From Adineta vaga (lineage: Eukaryota > Animalia > Rotifera): a stretch of 64,000 bases of DNA. A program made the position numbers and the translations under genes. The first letter of the stretch is position 1. Every line of letters starts with the position of its first letter. The notes below the pieces were generated by a model, which worked only from the letters and a program-made list of their open reading frames with translations, was not told the DNA's origin and made no database searches. The stretch covers positions 2,170,001-2,234,000 of the forward strand of contig CP075495.1 of assembly GCA_021613535.1 (NCBI GenBank), written 5' to 3'. Shown piece after piece: positions 55,801-64,000 of the stretch.

Positions 55801-56467
55801 GACTTTCAAACAATGACTGAAAAATGTCTAAATAGAGTTCAAGAACGTTCAATTATTCGTCAAGGCGATTTTGCATTTCCTAACAATTGGCAAGTTCAAT
55901 CGACAAATGTCGATCAATTTCCATTGCCAATTCTTTCCGATGAATTCAAACAGATTCATAATTTATTTAATACAAAAATGGCTTCTAAATATAGTGAAAT
56001 AGTTCGTATTGACCGAATTCAAAACATACCATGGTTTATGCAATACAATTCCTATCGAAATTTTTCATCAAAAAAGCATACAGAAAAGAAATTATTTCAT
56101 GGTTGTCCACAACAAACAGTACCATTAATTGTTAATTCATTTTTCAATCGATCCTTTGCAGGAATTAATGGTTCGTATGTTACTTATTTTGTTTAAATAA
56201 TCCTTTTCATTTCTAGGTGTTGTCTACGGACAAGGTGCTTATTTTTCATCGGATGCTTCGTATAGTCATTCATATGCAACCAAGAACGCTACTAATGATG
56301 AACGATGCATGTTTGTAGCAGATGTTTTAATTGGTGATACGATTCAAGGAAATTCAAAAATGAAAACACCACCAGCAGGTTATGATTCAACAACGGATGG
56401 AAATCATATTTTTGTTACCTATCGTGATGATCAAGCATATGCATCATATTTAATTGTCTATAAATGA
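52851..56467 (+). CDS. Macrodomain-WWE-PARP mono-ADP-ribosyltransferase (PARP14-like), about 13 exons
   Basis: Macro IKQGDLAEQNVDLVV...SIAFPSIGCGKL; WWE WAYEIEKNKWEKYP...IEDQY; ART RIQN, LFHG, FNRSFAGINGVVYGQGAYF, MFVADVLIG, DSTTDGNHIFV...QAYASYLIVY. The 5' micro-exons are less certain. Confidence 0.9.
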
Positions 56468-56575
56468 ATCTCCTACTAGACTAAAGATGTATGATATTGT
56501 GTGTATGTGTTTTTTTATTCAATTTCCTTGAACAATAAGGAATAACAACAAGTTATTTCAAAAAACAAAACTTAA

Positions 56576-59500
56576 CTAAAAATCATCCATATCATCACTT
56601 GTTTTCTTATTGATCTTTTTTCTTCGATCTTTTCTTGCATTTTCAATTGCTTTCATTCGTTTCTTCTTTCCTAAACCTAAACGTTTCGTTTGTTTGACAC
56701 GTTTCTTTCGATAAATAACTTCCGGTTGATTAATAGCTAAAACAGCTAATTTTTGTTTACGTTCTAAACGTTTCATTCGTCGTTGTTTGGCAACATCAGC
56801 ATAAATACTTGTAATTAAATGAATATCATAATGACGTTTGAACACATCGAATACATCTTGTGCAAGAGTTTTTAATGATAAATTTCCAGTTGTTTCATCA
56901 CGTTCAATTTCACGTTCAAGAACAGTTAGAAATGATTTCAAATGTAATGTTAATTGTTCTGAAAAATCCAGAGCAAGTGCAGCCATCCATTTGAGAATAG
57001 ATGAACGACGTGTGATTTCATTTGGATATTTTGTTGATTCAAATGTTGTTAAACGACAACAACGTCGAAGAACTAAATCAAACTGATCGGAAGTAGAGAG
57101 AATGAGAAGTTTCGATAGATAAATCAGATTTTTTGTTATTTGTAAACAAAATTCATCGGTTAGATTCGACGGTTTCAATTGAGAACAAGCAGCAAGACAT
57201 AAACGTTGAATTTTGATTAAAGGTGAATTTGATATATCAAATGTAGTGACATAATGAACGAATAAAGGTTCATTATCAAGATTTGATTTCTTCAAACGTT
57301 TACGATTTGGACCATCATCAGTCGAACTAAAAAACAAATAAAACAAACGTTTATATTGAACATTTCCAATAAGAATCATAATACCTAATATTTGTATCAT
57401 TTTGTGAAATAAATTTTTGTAAATGTTGTACAAGATCTTCAGGTTTATTTAAATCAAAGAGTAGACCAAAAAATTGTGCTGATAAAAGTCGAATCCATAT
57501 ATGAGGATGTAATAAACATTTCTCATCAATTAATTTCATTAAATCTAACCATTTCGATCTTAATTGTATCATTTGTAATGAATTTGAACAGAATTTTATC
57601 ACATAAATTAATACATTAATCAAATGATAAATATATTGATCATTGAATTTTTCTTGTTCATCATTTTCATTGAAATCTATAGCATGAAATTCTCGTTGAA
57701 TGAAATCGAATATATCAATTAAATATTGATCGAATTGTTCATGTTCAATTTCGATAAATAAAAGAAATAATTGTAATGCTAAACAACGATGTTCAATTTT
57801 ATCATTCATCCAACTACAAACGATATTTTTCAAAATATCCGTACGATGTTGTTCATCAATTTTTTCTAATAATAATTTTAAATTCATTTGAAATGTTTTC
57901 TTACATTCATTATGCGTTTCATTATAATAATGACATGCTAAAGGAAGAAAGAAATAACCGGCATAATCATTTAAACGTTGTTTTGTTAAATCTTGAAATA
58001 GATTATTAAGAAATACGAGAACAGATAATCGACCATTGAAATCTTCATAATCAAGTTGAAGAAGAAAAAAATCTAAATATGATTTTAATTTTGCTTTTGT
58101 ATGTTCATAAGAGAAGAAATAGATATGAAATAGATCACGACATGTTGTTCGAATATGATCATAAGGTGATTGAACAATCAAAAAGATCAAACGAGATCGA
58201 AGAAGATTATCTAATTGAATTCGAAGAGTTTTATTATTAGAAATAATGGCAACTGAATGACGCATAATTGAACGAAGGAGAAGAAATGCACTTGATTGTC
58301 GATGTATATTCAATAGATCGGATTCAATATAGGTAAATAAACATTGATATTCATCAGAACTTAACGAAACTTTATCAATAATAGAACGTTGAACAAATGA
58401 ACCAAGAATTTTATATGAAAGAGTCAATAAATCATTCATATCAGTTGAACCAGCTACTGAAGAATACATTTTAAGTAGATCAAATACCTAAAACACGAAG
58501 AGAAATATTCATGTCGAAAGCTTTTCTACTCAGTTCTTCATATGATCGAAGGCGAGAGATCGAATTAAAACTTACTTTTTTATATAAATTTGTAATTCGT
58601 TGTTGATTTAATGATGGTAATGAATATTCTAATAGAGATGAAAGATTTCTCAATGCAGCAACGATAACATCTAAATAAGGTGAATTTAAACATATTTCAA
58701 TATGAAGTATAAATGGATCAATCATTGCTAAGAATGTTTGATCGTCTGTTTTAAATTTTTTAATTAATTTATGTAGTAAATTCAATGTCCATGATGTTAA
58801 ACAATGTAAATTCGTTTTCTTCACATGTTTTATAGCTTGAGCAACACGAGCATAACCACGTTTAGGTTCCAATGGAACTAAATGATATTTATTTCGTTCT
58901 TCAATAGCTGTACTTAACATTGAATTATTCGATGGATTAATTGGTTGATCATTTGGAAGATTTTCTTCAGTTTTTGTTAATAAATGATAAACAAAAATGA
59001 ATAAACTTTCCGTAGTTAAATGTGTATTATTAACTAAACCGGTTTGAAAACGTTGTAAACATTTTTCACATTTCGATATTTGTCTTGAATCATGATTGGT
59101 TGTTAATTGTTGTCGTAATGGTTCGATACATGTTAATAATTCTTCATTTGAATGTATTAAACGACCAAGTATTTCCATAACATTTGCTGTTTTATTTGTT
59201 TTCGCTTCGGGAATATTCGATGGTTTATATGATGAATTTTCATGTTCATTTGCTTTAGATGATTCAGTTTTTTCTTGATTAAAAAAATCATTAATAAATA
59301 AATTTGTTATGATTTTAATGGTTGAATCAATATTAAAATCAACCGTTAATGATGATATATGAATAAGTATTGTATGAATTGTATGTAGAAGAACAAAATG
59401 TTGATAACCACGTTGTAAACCAGTAATTAATTCTTCGAGAATAAATTTCAAATAACGTTTGCCAAGAATAGTTATACATTTACAAAGACAATCTCGTGCT

Positions 59501-62500
59501 TGATCACGAATTGAATATAAACGTGAACGAAGTAAAGTAATTAAATGAAGAAGAATAGTTGAAATATGTTGTTCAATAAAATTCGATGGAAAAACAACGA
59601 TTAATTTCATTGCAATTAATGAACATGTGATTGTTAGAAGAACAGCTTGTTGACGTTGATCATCAATTGTCGATGTTTTTGTTGATATACCATTGGTTGT
59701 TAAACTATCGATGGAAAATGAATTTTGACTTAAAAGATTCAATATCATTGGTAATAAACGTTGTTGAATTGTTTTACGAATACGGTCATCTAGCAAAGGA
59801 AAAGAAAATACAATGAATTTCTTTTTCATCTATGTTTATTACTTTCAGATTGATTTTCATTTGTATCTAATTGAAAATGAAATGCATCAATAATAGCTGA
59901 AACTGTTTTTGTTAAACAACGTTTTTGTATTGAATTCAATGTTCGTTTTGTTGTTATTAATTGTCGAAAATATGAAATAAATAATTGATTATATTTCATC
60001 CATGGTAATATTTGACAAAATGTTGTTAAACATTGAAAAACAATCTCATCATTTGTTATATCATGTCCATTTTCAATTAAATTATCATTGATAAATGAAC
60101 AAATAATTGGTAACAGATAATTTGTTATTGTTGTTAAACGAAATGGTTTATCTTCATGAAAAGATTTCAAACGTTTTAATGCACGTAATCGTCGATGTGT
60201 TTGAACATGTGTTATATTTTGAAAGAAATCTAATTCAACATCAATATGATTACGTAAACGTTTTAAATCATTTAAATCATCATTTTCATTATTAAGATCA
60301 ACAATAATTGCTAAATGACGAAGAAATTCATGACGAATATTTGTCGATATATTTGATTGTTTCAAAATTGTACGAATTTCTGTAAGAAAATATGTTTGAT
60401 ATAATGAATTTTGTTTAAGAAATAAATGAATACATTGTGATGCATATTCTCGAAGTGAAAGATCAGTAATTGAATAATGTAATTCATATAAACAATGATA
60501 AAATAAACATAAATATTCATCTTGATCTTTATTCATATCTTCAATATTTGATAATTGTTTTGTTAAATCTTTATAACTATTTAATCGACGTTCATAATCA
60601 GGTTCATCGATTTGTTCATTATTCCAAGAATTTAATTCAATCAATTGTTTTAAATACCAAATTGTACTAGAATTGAAGAAAAAAAACCGGATTATTTCAA
60701 TGAATTGATGATAAATTTACCTTGTTTTTGTTGTTGTTGAAGATTGATTGATAAAGATTTGAATCAGTTGAATCAGTTCAATTCTTTGATCACGTTGAAT
60801 TATTTTACCAAAAAGAATTGCTAATGATGAAAGATATTTTTCAATTGGATTAGAAAGATTTGATATTAAGTTTTGTAAAACTTTTAAGATGGAAAGATTT
60901 AAATCTTGTCCAGATGTTTTCATTGAAAATTTCTTTTTCTTTTTCGAAAGAATATTTTGACGAAGTAAACGAACAAAAATTGAACATAATTGTTCGATTT
61001 TATCTAATTTTAATTGTTTACTACTAAGAATAAGAAGAATATCAAATTCTTTTCCTGATAATGCAATAGAACTATTCGATTCAATCATTGAATTCGATAC
61101 ATTAGTTAAATATGTTAATAATTGATCATGATATGGTATAATTAATGAATCATTTGCTAAAATAAAGAAAAGAATTCAAATCTATCGAAATCAACAAAAT
61201 ACATACGATCAATTTGTAAAAGATTCCAAATAAATTCAATAATCAATTGTTTATTATCATTTGTAATCTTTTCATTTAATAATCCCATTGAACATTTCAT
61301 TAAATCTTGAGCATCTTTTCGATCATTTATAATTGTTTGTCGTAAATAGGGTGTACTACTCCAAATGACAGCTAATTTTAATATATGAATAATATCTTCA
61401 CGTTGTTTAGTTTTATTTAATAAATCATTGAGATAATTCTCTCGTATACAACATAACCATACGGAATCGATAAGATCCTTAGTGAATATTTCATTTTCAT
61501 CATTATCAAATAATTCAAAAAGTGTTTGTAAACCTTTGTATGACATTGATCGAAGACGTTTTAATGTAATTCGAAGTTTTTTCGTTTGAAAATCATCATT
61601 ATCTTTAGTATTACCAAGATAATCAACAAATTTAATTGTTAAAATATAAAATTTCATTATATAATGCATTTGTTTATGAAGATAAACACCTAATTTAGTA
61701 ATGAATGTTTTCAATAATGATAAAGAATGTTGAATATATTTAATAAATGTTTCATATGAATTTAAATGAATATCTTCTGATTTCAATGAAATTTTCTTTT
61801 CATATATATTCAACCATTGATTATCATTTGAAGAAAATAATTCTTCAGCAAAAGGTTCTAATAATAATTGAATAAAATATCGAAAATGTATTTCATAGAC
61901 ACCATTCGAAGCAAATGTAATTAAAAATTGAAATAAATATTTACGATTTAATTCAAAATAATCTTTTCGTCCACGTGTTGTTGAACCTAGAAAAAGAATC
62001 AAACTATTGATGACATGATTTGTTGATTAGAAATCATACCTAATGAACGTTTAGTATTCAATTTACTAAAGATAATACGTATTAAAATGAATGCATATTG
62101 ATTTTTTAATTGATCGGAAAGATTTTGTTCGAGAAGAACACCTTGAATTAATTCATGAAAAGCTTTTCGACATGAACTTGGATTAAATAACGGTAGAATT
62201 TCTTGTGAATGTTTAAGAAAATCTGATTGAATAATTGATTCTGGCATTTGATAACATGTTAATAGACAATGATAAGCAGATTGTTGAATAGAATTATCTG
62301 TTGATAGAAGTAAACGAATGTAGAATTGATAGAGACGATATGGTTCAAACCATTGTTTATAATGATGAAATTGTTTGAGAAGATTTAAAATCGTTTCTAA
62401 AGTTTTAATAGAAAATTTTCGAGATAATCGTTTCGATGAATTCGTTTGAATAATATATGATAATTTTGATTGACCAAATAGACCCAATGCTAATAAATGA

Positions 62501-64000
62501 TCATAATATTCATTTGCAAAAAAATCGAAAATAATTGGTAGAAGAATTTTAGTTTTCTGTTCACATTCATTCGGAAAATGAGTTAACATTTGAAATAGAT
62601 TGAGACGATATTGTATAAAATCAATTGTTTGATCATTGATTTCATATTCGCGTTTTTCTTCATTATTAAGATATTCTTTAACTAATTCATCGGTTATGAT
62701 TTCATTCATTGGTAATTGATCACGTTGACTAATCAATTGAAATTTATCATTAAGTATCGACCAGAAATAAGTATGACCTATGTATTCAATAGCTTTATTT
62801 CCATATGAACCAAGTAAATCCGTACAAACCGACCATAATGGAGTGAAATTTGCAGAAAGTAAACCAAGTAAATAATACATAGCTAAATGAAATGATGATG
62901 AATTATTATTTAATACAATAAATTCAACGGATAATTTTTGAAGATAGATAAGTTTTGAACGATATTCATAAACATTTAATGGACATTCTTCACATAGAAG
63001 ACAATTGGATATCACATGATTCGAATCGGAAGTAAATGAAACAAGAATTCGAAGTGATAATAATCGAATTTTACTATTAAATGATGATAAATTACTTTTT
63101 AATAGATCAATAAATTTATCCGAATAATCTTTGTTTGGTGAATTCAATAGAAATGAAAGACGTGTAGAAAGTAAATAAAGTTCAGAATGATTATCACGTT
63201 GAAGTATTGTATACCAAAATTCTGTTGAAAATGAATGAAATGAAATGAGTTCGATTAATGTTAATGCAATTATTGATGATGAATTATTTAAAAATTGAGA
63301 AGAGATTCGTTCTAAATGTGTAGATGTAAATTGAATTGTATTGATCTCTTTATCCGATAATGAATGTAAAAGAATTAATGCACGCCAAAGTTGACCAGTT
63401 AACAAAATTTGTTCATCATCGATGTTAAGTAAAGTTTTTTGAATAAATGTTTTAATTAATTGTAATCCTTCATCACCAATCTTATCTTTACTCAAAAATT
63501 TCTTTTTCATTTTTAATAGATTCATTTTTTCTAATATAATTTGATCATTATCATTTGATAAGAAGATCATTTCAGTTTTTTTTCGTTCAAGAATTACAAA
63601 ATCCACAAAACAATTAATAGTTTCTTCTTGTTGATGATCTTTTGTTTTTAATAAAGTATGCCATAATCGTTGATAGAATTCATTGGGTAATTTATCAGTT
63701 AAATCAGTTTGAAAGATCTTTCGTGTTTCTTCATAACAAAACAATGATGGTGTTTGTTCAATAAAACGATAATAAATATCAATAAATTCTTTCGTAATAG
63801 GAATGAATTTCATTAATTTTCGAACAGTTTCATAATGAATTTTTAGAAACTCTTTATTATCATTCGATTTAATCATGGTAAGAAATTCTGAACATAAATT
63901 TAAATCATTAAACATTTTATAATCAATAAATAATTGAAAAATTTCATAGAATGTTTGATAAATAATCATTGAATTGTTAGATTTCTTCTTTTCTTTTGTT
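56576..64000 (-). CDS. UTP20: Small subunit processome component 20, 5'-partial (continues beyond window)
   Basis: HEAT-like protein with DEPDYERRL, FFQNITHVQTHRRLRAL, LRSRLYSIRDQAR, LQRGYQHFVL, HPHIWIRL and a basic C-terminus. Six introns all preserve frame. Confidence 0.9.

Noticed and set aside
29398-56467. TIR-SAM, TRIM-NHL and macro-PARP as one immune island
   Set aside because: They are dispersed among housekeeping genes over 27 kb, with no evidence of linkage.
56838-60670. Antisense and alternative-frame ORFs over UTP20 and other genes
   Set aside because: Shadow ORFs produced by codon bias.

Overview
AT-rich, gene-dense eukaryotic DNA with many short (about 45-65 nt) GT-AG introns; intron size, gene families and bacterial-looking genes fit a bdelloid rotifer (inference). 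I can build about 22 protein-coding genes: TYMS, a disordered orphan, SNAPC4-like Myb, LMAN1/ERGIC-53, a secreted KSI/SnoaL-like protein, a neuropeptide-like precursor, a CABIT protein, an ERG/FLI/FEV ETS factor, a type I membrane protein, ARM-TIR-SAM, Cys-GPx, TRIM-NHL, an intronless bacterial-like secreted protein, COASY, AP2S1, PIGO, F-box/LRR, a Zn-finger-like orphan, a type II membrane protein, fascin, a macro-WWE-PARP and a 5'-partial UTP20. There is also a tRNA-Val(TAC) and a probable QNG1 remnant. The most striking structure is a run of six co-directional minus-strand genes (47222 to 38011). Each has a splice acceptor 0-10 nt before its ATG, and two stop-to-ATG gaps are only 19 and 34 nt, suggesting an operon resolved by SL trans-splicing or a shared-leader splicing unit. 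Four genes each need one extra nucleotide to read through, which is probably assembly error but is unverified. Three genes are horizontal-transfer candidates. All gene models were spliced by eye; no database searches were run.
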